Origin: Candidatus Borrarchaeum weybense
Lineage (GTDB): Archaea > Asgardarchaeota > Sifarchaeia > Borrarchaeales > Borrarchaeaceae
Direction of reading: 5' to 3'
Length of the DNA: 19,039 bases
NCBI GenBank assembly: GCA_019057385.1
Contig: JAHQJS010000004.1
Coordinates: forward strand, 662,508 to 681,546
Each line of letters starts with the position of its first letter. Position 1 is the stretch's first letter. Shown in pieces: positions 1-8,979 of the stretch. The notes below the pieces were generated by a model. That model saw only the letters and a list, made by a program, of their open reading frames with translations, did not search any database and was not told the origin of the DNA. The translations under genes and the position numbers were made by a program.

Positions 1-143
1 CAAATGTAGTTCACCGAAGTTAGTCTTTTTTTGAGTTGTAGAGTTAGGTAAATTAGGTAAATTTTTAAAGTACTTGGCAATAAATCAGTTAGAATCGTAC
101 ACCAAAGAGAACTATTTATAGGGATCTGGGGGTAGTTTATCAC

Positions 144-797
144 TTGACATACAATCCAAACGCAGATTATTCTACTAGCGAAAGAAAAGCATTAGATATA
201 ATAAATGATCAAATGAGAGAAGTAGTTCTAGCAGTAAAAGAACTACGCGGACTTATAGAAGCTTGGGCAGTGGGTAATACATCAGAAATGGATGAAACTT
301 ACAAGAACTTAAATCAACTAGAGACGTCTGCTGACGAAATTAGGATTTCGTTACTTAGTGAAGTTTCCAGAGCAGGACCAGGCCTTTTATTGAAGGAAGA
401 CATACTTCGTTTTTTAGTCATAGATAAAATAGTGGATACCGCAGTTGGTGGGGCATTCTATATATCCACCTTAAAGGATTGGCAGATTCCATCAGAGCTT
501 TCAGAAAAAATCCTAGATTTAGTAGATATTTGCATTGCAGCGGTAACACATTTGAAATCCGCCATTTATAATGTCATTTCGAACCCAGAAAACGCACTAA
601 ACTTCGCCAGAGAAATTGATATCCTAGAGAAACAAATTGATAAACTCTATAGACCCTTAATAGTTCAGATTACTGAACTAAATGATGATTTATGTATAAT
701 TATGGCTCTAAGAGAGCTCGTTCTTAGAATTGATGAAATCGCAGATATTGGATTAGAAATAGCGGATGCTGTAAGAATGCTAGCCCTCACACGTTAA
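144..797 (+). CDS. DUF47 / PhoU-like helical protein (putative phosphate-transport-associated regulator family)
   Basis: 217-aa ORF with a TTG start and TAA stop. The sequence is all-helical with two repeat halves, each ending in an acidic D/E-x-x-D pattern (ETSADEIRISLL...ILRFLVIDKIVD and ILEKQIDKLYRPL...LRIDEIADIGLEIADAV). This pattern is typical of DUF47/PhoU_div proteins. The family call rests on recalled motifs only. Confidence 0.55.
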   Translation: MTYNPNADYSTSERKALDIINDQMREVVLAVKELRGLIEAWAVGNTSEMDETYKNLNQLETSADEIRISLLSEVSRAGPGLLLKEDILRFLVIDKIVDTAVGGAFYISTLKDWQIPSELSEKILDLVDICIAAVTHLKSAIYNVISNPENALNFAREIDILEKQIDKLYRPLIVQITELNDDLCIIMALRELVLRIDEIADIGLEIADAVRMLALTR

Positions 798-921
798 AAA
801 ATGAGTGTATCTTTGCAGAATTATAAAGAATTTCGCTTTATGTCTAGCATTTCTTGTATTTTGTTAAGCGAACTATTTTAAACTAGATAAGAACAAAATC
901 ACATTTTTAGAGGCGTTTAAA

Positions 922-1548
922 ATGAATGAATCCGAGAATCAAATTGACATTCAAAAAGAAGAAGAAGGAGAAGAAGAAGAAGAAGAAGTTATAACAGAAG
1001 AGGATCTTGAAGCTGAATTACTTGAAGATAGAATAATTGTTTGGAATCCAAAAGTTGGTTCTTGGTTGTACAAGCATGGATATTATGGAAAGCCGGTTGG
1101 AATACGAAAGCCGAAGCATTTCAATTTTACACGACCTCTTGAGTTGTCCTTGCTCGAATCTACTTATCTTTTGTCAATAAATAAATTAAGAATCAAGAGG
1201 GCAATTTCCAACAAACCAATATCATATGAAGAGTTAAAAAGAATTGGTGAACTGCATTACGATCGATTTACTGAGAAATTTCTAGTTTATACTGATCTCA
1301 GGAAGAAAGGTTATGTTGTGCGACCCGGGCTTAAATTCGGTGCAGATTTTGCAATTTACGAACATGGCCCAGGCATTGACCATTCTCCACTTATTGTCCA
1401 TGTTTTGTCAAGAGGTGTTGAACTTTCTCCCATTGAACTTGTTCGAGCAGGTCGTCTTGCCACAACAGTTAGGAAAAAATTTACCATTGCAACAGTCCCG
1501 CCCGACGGTACGCCTAGATACTTTATGTTTTCATGGTTCAAGCCTTGA
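922..1548 (+). CDS. endA: tRNA-splicing (intron) endonuclease, short alpha-type subunit with an acidic N-terminal tail
   Basis: 208-aa ORF with GAGG 8 nt upstream of the ATG and a TGA stop. The C-terminal catalytic domain motifs are present: GYVVRPGLKFGADFAIYEHGPG..HSPLIVHV....RKKFTIATV (Tyr/His/Lys triad context). Confidence 0.85.
   Translation: MNESENQIDIQKEEEGEEEEEEVITEEDLEAELLEDRIIVWNPKVGSWLYKHGYYGKPVGIRKPKHFNFTRPLELSLLESTYLLSINKLRIKRAISNKPISYEELKRIGELHYDRFTEKFLVYTDLRKKGYVVRPGLKFGADFAIYEHGPGIDHSPLIVHVLSRGVELSPIELVRAGRLATTVRKKFTIATVPPDGTPRYFMFSWFKP
958..987 (+). repeat. (GAA)3-GGA-(GAA)6 trinucleotide run encoding EEEGEEEEEE inside endA
   Basis: Read directly: gaagaagaaggagaagaagaagaagaagaa, in frame with the endA ORF. 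Confidence 0.9.
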
Positions 1549-1850
1549 TGTCAATGTTAATTGTTTTTGAGAAATGATCTAATCGTGAGTGCAATATTTT
1601 ATTTACATGCGGTGAAAAATACCATAAGTGTATTAATTTGCAAATCATATTGGTTCCTGACTGATCCACACACATATAAGATATGTTTACTGTGGTGAAA
1701 AACATCACAAAAGAAATATAATTTGGTAATGATAATTTCTCTTTAGCAAATTCCATTAATTAATAAACGAGTTTATTAGGTTTATATTGCCACTTGGAAT
1801 TGCATATGAAACTAATGCGTGTTTAATTATATTCGGCGAGGTTTGAAAAA

Positions 1851-2312
1851 ATGGGTGAATACATAGACGATTTATTTAGTGAGATTCAGACTAGCCCCTC
1901 AAAGATGGAAGAGGTGGTTCAGGCAATTAATACCATTCTTGAGAATTTCATTAACGTTGTGTTCAAGGCTGTTGAGAGTCTTAGTAATGAAGTTGCAGGA
2001 ATTAAATCAGAATTTAGACAATCGCTCAATAATCTGAACACTAAAATGCAATCAATAGAAGGCAGGATGTCGTTAATGAGAACAGCAGGTCCAGCAGCAC
2101 CAATGGGACCAACATCAACTGGTTTACCACCACCTACGACACCAGGTCCTTCAGAGCCTTTTCTCACTCCCCCTCCTACGGCAGCAGGTCCTGGAGGACC
2201 TGGAGGACCAGAATCCCCACCACCGGTAACTGGAGCTACACTACGCATGCAACTCAACTCAGAGTTAAAAAAAGCCTTTTCAAGAATAAAAGGCGGCGGC
2301 GCAGAGGAATAG
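1851..2312 (+). CDS. hypothetical protein: N-terminal coiled-coil region, Pro/Gly-rich low-complexity linker, short basic amphipathic C-terminus
   Basis: 153-aa ORF with GAGGT 9 nt upstream of the ATG. The Pro-rich stretch (GPAAPMGPTSTGLPPPTTPGPSEPFLTPPPTAAGPGGPGGPESPPP) explains the local GC spike and the antisense shadow ORF 1919..2257. I recognised no family. Confidence 0.6.
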   Translation: MGEYIDDLFSEIQTSPSKMEEVVQAINTILENFINVVFKAVESLSNEVAGIKSEFRQSLNNLNTKMQSIEGRMSLMRTAGPAAPMGPTSTGLPPPTTPGPSEPFLTPPPTAAGPGGPGGPESPPPVTGATLRMQLNSELKKAFSRIKGGGAEE

Positions 2313-2327
2313 AATTCCTTTATGAGA

Positions 2328-2957
2328 TCAATTTTCTTTTTTCAATTTCTTAAGTGCAATTTCTACATATGTTGTATCGATACGATCTTTTTCCGAAAAT
2401 CCAAGCCGTTTTGCATAATTCATCAGATCCTTTTCGAGTTCAATAACACTAATATCTTCAGGTAGTTCACTTTCTAAACTAACCTGTAAGAATGATCCCA
2501 TAGGGATTTCTTTGTCTTCATGTAATAATGTTACTTTCTCATCGAACTCAATTTCAATTTCACTTTCAGCAATTCTATATCGTGTTCGCACTTTACGAAA
2601 TGCTACCAGAACTTCATATCCTAATTTTTCTAAAATGGTACGTAAATCTTCTGCTTGATCTACAGGAATATCTATCGAATGATCCTCGCGTAAGTCAGTT
2701 TCTCTAGTTGGTCTAGATCCTTTCCAAGTCCATTGGCAGTAACTTAATTCCTGTAATGGTGTATATTCTAATCTAATTCTTAGCCGTTCATCGTTTGTGT
2801 ACAGTTTTCTTTGTCCGACAACATCGTAGTAATAATCAAATTGTATTACATCTTTTGTTTGCTCAAAACCAAATTTATGAAGTTGTCCCTTTATTTCCTT
2901 AATTTTTCCGTTAGCAGCAAGCTTAATCTCGAATTCTTTGAAAGTCATTTTAATCAC
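2328..2957 (-). CDS. CYTH-domain protein (triphosphate tunnel metalloenzyme / class IV adenylyl cyclase-like)
   Basis: 209-aa ORF with the N-terminal ExExK signature (KEFEIKL). Later acidic/basic beta-strand motifs are present (RLRIRLE, RTRYRI, EIEIEFDE). The start may instead be the ATG at 2948, preceded by GTGAT. Confidence 0.75.
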   Translation of the reverse strand: MIKMTFKEFEIKLAANGKIKEIKGQLHKFGFEQTKDVIQFDYYYDVVGQRKLYTNDERLRIRLEYTPLQELSYCQWTWKGSRPTRETDLREDHSIDIPVDQAEDLRTILEKLGYEVLVAFRKVRTRYRIAESEIEIEFDEKVTLLHEDKEIPMGSFLQVSLESELPEDISVIELEKDLMNYAKRLGFSEKDRIDTTYVEIALKKLKKEN

Positions 2958-3127
2958 TTTGTCAAATAATATTGCAGTTTTTCAACTGATTTTTCTAGTA
3001 TCAAGGTTCTGAAATCAGGATTTCTTTTTTAATGGAGAACGATGACGATATATCTAATAAATATGTATTAAGCACAAGTCTGTATTTGTTTTAAGATGCT
3101 AACCAAAGGATTATTTGGAGGTTTTAT

Positions 3128-4033
3128 ATGTCTAAAAGAAAGGTTCATCGAGTTTCCATAAATGATGTAGTATTTGCTACGGATAAAAATAATCCACCTG
3201 TGCTACATATTTCATCGGGAGACACAGTCATCTTTGAGTGCAAGGACGCATTTAATCAAGGAATACAAAGTTCCACCGATTTACCGACAGATTTGGACTT
3301 CGAAAGGGTAAATCCTGCAACGGGTCCCGTTTATATTGAAGGAGCAGAACCTGGTGACACGTTAGAGGTGCATATAGAGAAAATCGAGATGGCGGCTCAA
3401 GGAGCCTGTTGCATAGTTCCTGGCTTTGGTTTTCTTGCTCCAGAATTTCCTGATGCATGGACAAAGATAATTCCTATTAAAAACGGTTATGCTGAGTTTG
3501 GCAAAGGAATACGAATCCCGATTGATCCCTTTCCAGGAACCTTAGTAGTAGCCCCTCCTGGTGAAGGCGAAGGTACGTTGGTTCCTAAAGATCATGGAGG
3601 AAACATGGATACGAAAGCGATTAAAGAAGGAACTGTGCTTTACTTACCTGTTTTCGTTCCTGGGGCGCTATTCGGAGTTGGGGATGTACATGCCGTACAA
3701 GGAGACGGTGAGATATGTGGTACTGCAGTGGAGGTCGATGCCGAAGTCACGATTAGACTTCTAGTGAACAAACAAAAGAAGATCACACGACCACAAATTG
3801 AGACACCTGACTTCTTTATGACTACTGCTTATGCTGAAACGACAGATGAAGCAGTGAAGATAGCTCTGCGTGATATGATAGACTGGCTTGAAGCAGAAAA
3901 AGGACTTACACGGCAGGAGGCTTATGCACTCTGTAGCTGTGCCGTTGATATGCGGATATCGCAATTGGTAGATATAACCCCTGGAGTTCGTGTAGTTCTT
4001 CCAAAAGTCATATTCATCGAATCAGAATCTTAG
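3128..4033 (+). CDS. acetamidase/formamidase family amidohydrolase (FmdA/AmdA)
   Basis: 301-aa ORF with GGAGGT 6 nt upstream. Family-typical blocks are present: NPATGPVYIEGAEPGDTLEVHIEKIE, GGNMDTKAIKEGTVLYLPVFVPGALFGVGDVHAVQGDGEICGTAVE. Confidence 0.85.
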   Translation: MSKRKVHRVSINDVVFATDKNNPPVLHISSGDTVIFECKDAFNQGIQSSTDLPTDLDFERVNPATGPVYIEGAEPGDTLEVHIEKIEMAAQGACCIVPGFGFLAPEFPDAWTKIIPIKNGYAEFGKGIRIPIDPFPGTLVVAPPGEGEGTLVPKDHGGNMDTKAIKEGTVLYLPVFVPGALFGVGDVHAVQGDGEICGTAVEVDAEVTIRLLVNKQKKITRPQIETPDFFMTTAYAETTDEAVKIALRDMIDWLEAEKGLTRQEAYALCSCAVDMRISQLVDITPGVRVVLPKVIFIESES

Positions 4034-4135
4034 TCGAAAATCCTCGGAGTTAATGAAAAACGACTACAAGAGTAAAGTGCTAGAAATACTAGATTCATTA
4101 TGTAAGAAGACCATTTTCATGAGAGGAGATTTTGC

Positions 4136-5161
4136 ATGGTGAATGTACAAAACCTACGTACATTGAGCCGAGTCGCATTAATTTTGCTGATGGCTGTACA
4201 TGTGGCTACATGGTATCTTTGGGGTATCCATGCTGTGGGTAGCATCGGAATCGAGGCGCTCTTTTCCGGTCTCTCTCGGGGAGTATTCAATGCAGGGTTT
4301 GTTTTCTGGATATTGGTTCTCGTCTCAGCGGTAATCCTTGGGAGGACCTTTTGCGGATGGTTCTGCTGGTTTGGTGGCTATCTGGAATTGGTCGAGTGGG
4401 GGATAGGCAGTCTAAAGATTAAAATTCCGCGCCGGATGCTACTGTATCTAGGAGTTATACCATTTGTTAGCTTGGCGCTGAAAGTGTACAACTCATTGAT
4501 AGTAAACTGGATTCAGGGGTTCCCAACTACGTTCACATTCCAGCTAGCTGATGTTGAGCCTTGGGGTGGACAGCAGACCGGTATTTCTATCCTGATAACA
4601 TTGATCATGTTTGGACCGGTACTCTTCTTTGCTTTTGGTCGAAGGGCTTGGTGCCGCTACCTGTGCCCTATTGGCGCCCTGCTTAAGATTTTCGGCATCG
4701 TGGGCTTGTGTAAGGTACGGTTGGTAAACGATAATTGCAATGGTTGCGGAACCTGCAACCGCACTTGTGATATGCAGGTAGATGTTTTAGGCGAACTCAA
4801 AACTCACGGTGAGGTGCTCAGTTCAAACTGCATCCGCTGTCTCAAATGCACCAACGAATGCCCCACAGGAGCGATTGGCTTTAATTTTAACCGAAAAGAA
4901 ACATCCCTTTCGGATGACGCTTCATCCAAGGCCGAACGGATTTCTCTCAAGAGGAGGCGACTTTCTGCCTTTGATATAGCGATTACCTCGCTGTGGGCTA
5001 GCATAATGATGATCTTTTTCTTCCTTGGTTTTCAAAGCAGCTCACAGGAGATAAAGGTGCTCATGACACCAGGGCTGCTGTTAGTGACCTTTGGCTTAGT
5101 ATGGATAGTTCAAAAGGCTTGGAGTAGAAATAAGATAAGCGAGCCTACGCATTTCCAATAG
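4136..5161 (+). CDS. membrane-bound 4Fe-4S polyferredoxin (NapH/MauN-like, COG0348-type)
   Basis: 341-aa ORF with several predicted TM helices. It carries CGWFCWFG and CRYLCPIG motifs plus two ferredoxin motifs, CNGCGTCNRTCD and CIRCLKCTNECP. Confidence 0.8.
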   Translation: MVNVQNLRTLSRVALILLMAVHVATWYLWGIHAVGSIGIEALFSGLSRGVFNAGFVFWILVLVSAVILGRTFCGWFCWFGGYLELVEWGIGSLKIKIPRRMLLYLGVIPFVSLALKVYNSLIVNWIQGFPTTFTFQLADVEPWGGQQTGISILITLIMFGPVLFFAFGRRAWCRYLCPIGALLKIFGIVGLCKVRLVNDNCNGCGTCNRTCDMQVDVLGELKTHGEVLSSNCIRCLKCTNECPTGAIGFNFNRKETSLSDDASSKAERISLKRRRLSAFDIAITSLWASIMMIFFFLGFQSSSQEIKVLMTPGLLLVTFGLVWIVQKAWSRNKISEPTHFQ

Positions 5162-5183
5162 TCAGAATGCTGAAGCCTTCCCT

Positions 5184-5840
5184 TTAGAGTGGGGTAATTG
5201 CAATAACCCGTGCTGGTGCTGCATCTCTTCCCTTTATTTTTAATGGAAGTGCTATTAGGAGAACCCTCTCTCCTGTAATTTTTTCGAGGTTTGAGGAGAG
5301 AGTTTCAATAAGCGGTATGTTATTACTTAGCAGTGTTTTATGTGTCTCGGGTGCATCTGCTTTGTATTTTTCTACACTTAGACAATCAATCCCTACAATT
5401 GAGACCTTTTTTTCGACTAACCATTGTGCAGCACGAGGATCAATATAAGTGAAATTTCTTAAAATTTTTTCGTTTCCCCAGTGTTTGCTAGTTCCAGTAT
5501 AGAGTAAAACTCCATTTCCTTCACTAATCTTGTCTGAGAATTTTTCAAGGTCATCAACTGTAATCGCAGAACCCATTTCTTTGTAGGAAAGATCTAGGAC
5601 TATTGCTTCTGTCACTAACTTCCTGAAGTCAAGCGCATCAATGGGTTCCCCTCCTTTGATAAAATGAAGTGGTGCATCCATATGTGTGCCTGTATGGGTT
5701 CCTAGCTGCATCTGAGTGACAAGAACGCCATGTTCCTCTAAAGTTCGAATTGCTTTAAAGTCAGGAGTAGGATCACCAGGATAAATTGGCATACCATTTT
5801 CAAGAGATACTGAAAGATCAATTATTTCTTTGATTTTCAT
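5184..5840 (-). CDS. cyclase-family metal hydrolase (kynurenine/aryl-formamidase-like, PF04199-type)
   Basis: Carries the HxGTHxDxPxH signature (GTHTGTHMDAPLHF). I place the start at the ATG at 5840 (MKIKEIIDLS...), with AGGGGT upstream. The track ORF extends to 5906, but those 22 extra residues overlap the upstream gene and look non-coding. Confidence 0.8.
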   Translation of the reverse strand: MKIKEIIDLSVSLENGMPIYPGDPTPDFKAIRTLEEHGVLVTQMQLGTHTGTHMDAPLHFIKGGEPIDALDFRKLVTEAIVLDLSYKEMGSAITVDDLEKFSDKISEGNGVLLYTGTSKHWGNEKILRNFTYIDPRAAQWLVEKKVSIVGIDCLSVEKYKADAPETHKTLLSNNIPLIETLSSNLEKITGERVLLIALPLKIKGRDAAPARVIAITPL

Positions 5841-5898
5841 GTGTAGTCTACCCCTAAGCACCCCAGAGCGGGGCGGGCTGTAAATGTTGATGTAACTT

Positions 5899-6777
5899 TC
5901 ACTCAAGCTGTAAATTTTTGATGAATTCAGAAATCTTTTGTCGTTGTTCTTCAGATAATGGGCTTAGAGGGGGTCTCGGATCTCCCATATCTATACCTAA
6001 CGCTTCCGTGACTAATTGCTTTAAGCCTGCAGGAAACACGCCAATGAAAACGTATCCAATGATTGCAGATAAAGCTACTTGAATTTCGTTAGCTATTTCA
6101 TATTTGCCTGCTCTAGCTAAAACATAAAGTTCAACAACCTTTTTTGGTATGACCATTGAGGTTCCCAAAACACCTCCAACTGCACCATGCATCATTGATG
6201 CTAAAAATATCGTATCAATACCCGGAAAAACAACAAAGTCGCGTGGTGTTTCTCTTATGTATATAATTACCTGATTTAAAACCCCAGATGAATCTTTAAT
6301 TCCAGCAAGTGTCCCCTCTTCCGCCAGTTTTGAAACTATATGGACTGGCATCGTGCTTCCAGTTGCAGACGGAATATTATAAGCTAATATTGGAATATCC
6401 GCCTTAGCAAGTTCTCGATAGTGCCACAATAATCCTTCTTCTGAAGGTTTGAGATACCAAGGGTTTGTTACCATAACACCATCTGCACCAATGTCTTTTG
6501 CGTGTTTAGTAAGCATCAATGTTTCGTTCGTGCTTGGTGCTGCTGTTCCAACAATTAGCTTAGTTCTTCCATTTATATGATCTGCGACGCCTTCTGCGAT
6601 TTTCATTCTTTCATCAGTTGTAAACATAGGAAATTCACCAGCTGTCCCCATCGGAACAACACCATGAAGTCCGCCTTCTATTAACTTGTCTAATAATGCA
6701 CGGAATGCTTCCCAGTTAACTTCATAGTTGGGTAACAATGGTGTAACTAGCGGTGCGAATACGCCCTCAAAGCTCAA
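5899..6777 (-). CDS. DapA/NanA-family class I (Schiff-base) aldolase, probably a 2-keto-3-deoxy-sugar-acid aldolase rather than DHDPS
   Basis: 292-aa ORF with a TTG start after AAGGAGG. Motifs present: GTAGEF, YNIPSATG, and GIKDSSG (Schiff-base Lys). The Arg of the DHDPS YNxPxRTG motif is replaced by Ala here. Confidence 0.8.
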   Translation of the reverse strand: MSFEGVFAPLVTPLLPNYEVNWEAFRALLDKLIEGGLHGVVPMGTAGEFPMFTTDERMKIAEGVADHINGRTKLIVGTAAPSTNETLMLTKHAKDIGADGVMVTNPWYLKPSEEGLLWHYRELAKADIPILAYNIPSATGSTMPVHIVSKLAEEGTLAGIKDSSGVLNQVIIYIRETPRDFVVFPGIDTIFLASMMHGAVGGVLGTSMVIPKKVVELYVLARAGKYEIANEIQVALSAIIGYVFIGVFPAGLKQLVTEALGIDMGDPRPPLSPLSEEQRQKISEFIKNLQLE

Positions 6778-7010
6778 ATTTTATTTCCTCCTTTTGAAAA
6801 ACTCAATGGCTACAGTAAACATATCAATAATTTGTCTTGTTTATAGTACATATAGGGTAATGCGTTCATTCATCTGCAAACATTTCATGAATTTCTGATT
6901 TTAACTATAATTTCCTATTATTAAAAAGTTGAGAATCATTGATTCATTATCGATGTTTTACTTCAGTATTCATCAGTCTACAGTTGTATACAGCTCGTCT
7001 CAGAAGAGTT

Positions 7011-8744
7011 TTACAGCATCATACGCCCGCCTTTACTGGCTGAAGTTGCATGCTGTGTATAGAAAGCTAACATTCCCGTCATAAACTTTCTTGGTGGCGG
7101 TTTCCAAAACTGTTTTCTCTCAACTAATACTTTAGTGATTTCTTCTGATTTAAGAGTTTGATCTTTTACGCCTACCAACTCTAAACGTCTTTTAGGTATG
7201 TCGATTTCTATCAAGTCGCTATTTTCTAACAATGCGATTGTTCCTCCCTCTACAGCTTCGGGAGACACATGACCAACGACAGGTCCTCTTGAGGCTCCAC
7301 TAAAACGTCCGTCTGTAAGCAAAGCAACAGAGATGTTTAGTTTCGGATCAGAAGCGATAGCTTCTGTTGCATAAAATTGCTCTGGCATACCACTTCCCTT
7401 TGGCCCTTCATACCTGATGATTACTGCATCGCCACTTTCGATCTTTTCATCAAAAATTGCTTTTACAGCATCATCTTGTGAATCGAAAACCTTTGCTCTT
7501 CCAGTGAATTTATGCATAGAAGGATCAACTGCGGTAATTTTGACTACAGCACCATCTGGGGCAATATTCCCCTTTAATATCGCAATTGATCCAGTTTCTG
7601 AGAAAGGATTTGATTTAGTTCGAATTACTTCATCTCTTGAAACTTTGTAGTTCTCTAAATATGTCGCTATCTTCTCAAAGTAATTCTCTTTTTCGAGATT
7701 CTTTATGTTTTCTTCAACTGTTGAACCAGTAACAGTTAGTACATTAAGGTGAAGTTTATCGATTAATTGTTTCATGACGTATTGGGTGCCACCCGCGTAC
7801 CAAAAGAAACTACTTGGGTATCTTCCTGATGGTCGAATATTTGTTAGATATGGTATTCTTCTATTGATGAAATCAAAGTCATCATGAGTTATCTCGATAC
7901 CCCTTTCAGCAGCTAGCGCAATAATATGCAATAATGCATTAGTGGATCCAGCTATAGCAGCATGTACCATTATCGCATTTTCAAATGCTTCTTTAGTAAG
8001 TATTTTTCCTGCAGAAAGTCCTTGTTCAATCAGATACAAAACTTGTTTTCCAGCTTTACGTGCGAGCCTAGTTATCTCGAAACCGGTTGAAAGTGCCAAT
8101 GCACTTGTTGGGAGTGCCATCCCTAGTGCTTCACTCATTATCTGCATTGTACAGGCAGTTCCCATAAAGGCACATGCCCCAGGTGTAGGGCACCCGAATT
8201 TAGCCAAGAATTGATATTCTTCTGTACTTAACTTACCTCTTCGCCGCTGAGAGTCATATGTTGCTACCTGTTCCAATGTCATCCCGTGAGGGCCCCAATC
8301 TGCGGTACCACCAGGAACAAGAATGGTCGGTAAATCAAGTCGCGCTGCTGCCATCAAATGACCAGGGATTGATTTATCACAACTACTGATTAATGTCATT
8401 CCATCAAAATGCCCAGTCTTCGCATGCATCTCAACTGCAAATGAAATCAACTCGCGGCTGGGTAGACTGTAGCTCATGCCAGGAGTACCCTGTGAAATTC
8501 CATCGCAGGTATCCGTTATATAATACTTTGCAGGAGTGCCTCCAGCTGATACTATTCCATTGATTACTTCATCTCCGAGAAGTCCGAGCCGGACGCTTCC
8601 TGGATGACTTTGACCTTCAACGGAATCCACAAGAATCCACGGTTTTTTCAAATCATCTTCTGTCCATCCACAACCTAGACGAAGGCTGTCAATTTCTGAA
8701 GCCTTTCTGCGCATTTTTTGACTAGTTAAATTAGAAGTATTCAT
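7011..8744 (-). CDS. IlvD/Edd-family dehydratase (dihydroxy-acid / sugar-acid dehydratase)
   Basis: 577-aa ORF with GTGATC upstream of the ATG. Motifs present: CDGISQG, SSCDKSIPG, GCPTPGACAFMGTACTM, RYEGPKGSGMPE, TDGRFSGASRGP. Confidence 0.9.
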   Translation of the reverse strand: MNTSNLTSQKMRRKASEIDSLRLGCGWTEDDLKKPWILVDSVEGQSHPGSVRLGLLGDEVINGIVSAGGTPAKYYITDTCDGISQGTPGMSYSLPSRELISFAVEMHAKTGHFDGMTLISSCDKSIPGHLMAAARLDLPTILVPGGTADWGPHGMTLEQVATYDSQRRRGKLSTEEYQFLAKFGCPTPGACAFMGTACTMQIMSEALGMALPTSALALSTGFEITRLARKAGKQVLYLIEQGLSAGKILTKEAFENAIMVHAAIAGSTNALLHIIALAAERGIEITHDDFDFINRRIPYLTNIRPSGRYPSSFFWYAGGTQYVMKQLIDKLHLNVLTVTGSTVEENIKNLEKENYFEKIATYLENYKVSRDEVIRTKSNPFSETGSIAILKGNIAPDGAVVKITAVDPSMHKFTGRAKVFDSQDDAVKAIFDEKIESGDAVIIRYEGPKGSGMPEQFYATEAIASDPKLNISVALLTDGRFSGASRGPVVGHVSPEAVEGGTIALLENSDLIEIDIPKRRLELVGVKDQTLKSEEITKVLVERKQFWKPPPRKFMTGMLAFYTQHATSASKGGRMML

Positions 8745-8979
8745 AAGATCACTTTACGTTATTGACTAGTATGAGAATTCTTAATAGTATGGTTTTCTTT
8801 ACATTAATTAACATTGTCCATTCTCCGTTGGTTTTGAAGAAAACAATTCCTTATTCACTTTTATGGCAAAGTTGGATGGATATTTTTAAACTGAAGGTGA
8901 GAATAAGCTAAGATGCAATCAATTAACCAATTGATACTCACTGCTAAAACCACGACATAACACATTTTTGGTGAACTTA

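Noticed and set aside
1538-1756. 72-aa minus-strand ORF, a GGTGAAAAA direct repeat (1621-1629 and 1704-1712), and a search for a C/D-box sRNA in the endA downstream spacer
   Set aside because: The ORF has no SD and an implausible composition. CTGA motifs are present at 1667-1674, but there is no proper RUGAUGA C box at a suitable distance on either strand. A 9-mer repeated once in AT-rich DNA is weak evidence.
5841-5906. 22-residue N-terminal extension of the cyclase-family ORF (track start 5906), overlapping the aldolase gene by 8 nt
   Set aside because: The extension (MSESYINIYSPPRSGVLRGRLH) is unlike the family's N-termini. The internal ATG at 5840 has an AGGGGT SD and yields the usual MK-IIDLS start. 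The GC-rich CCCC...GGGG hairpin here is more likely intergenic.
6933-6945. Palindrome GAATCA-T-TGATTC upstream of the aldolase gene as a possible operator
   Set aside because: A 6-1-6 palindrome is expected several times by chance in 19 kb of AT-rich sequence, and there is no second copy or other support.
7417-8214. Plus-strand ORFs 7417..7650 and 7942..8214, and similar short antisense ORFs at 1313..1570, 1356..1541, 1919..2257, 3252..3464, 3561..3764, 3761..3964, 4804..5004, 9156..9359, 9579..9824, 12335..12658, 12950..13300, 13514..13717, 14207..14557, 14478..14669, 16409..16738, 16490..16729, 16764..17039 and 17378..17572
   Set aside because: All are nested in, or antisense to, well-supported longer genes (or alternative frames of them) and carry no motifs of their own.
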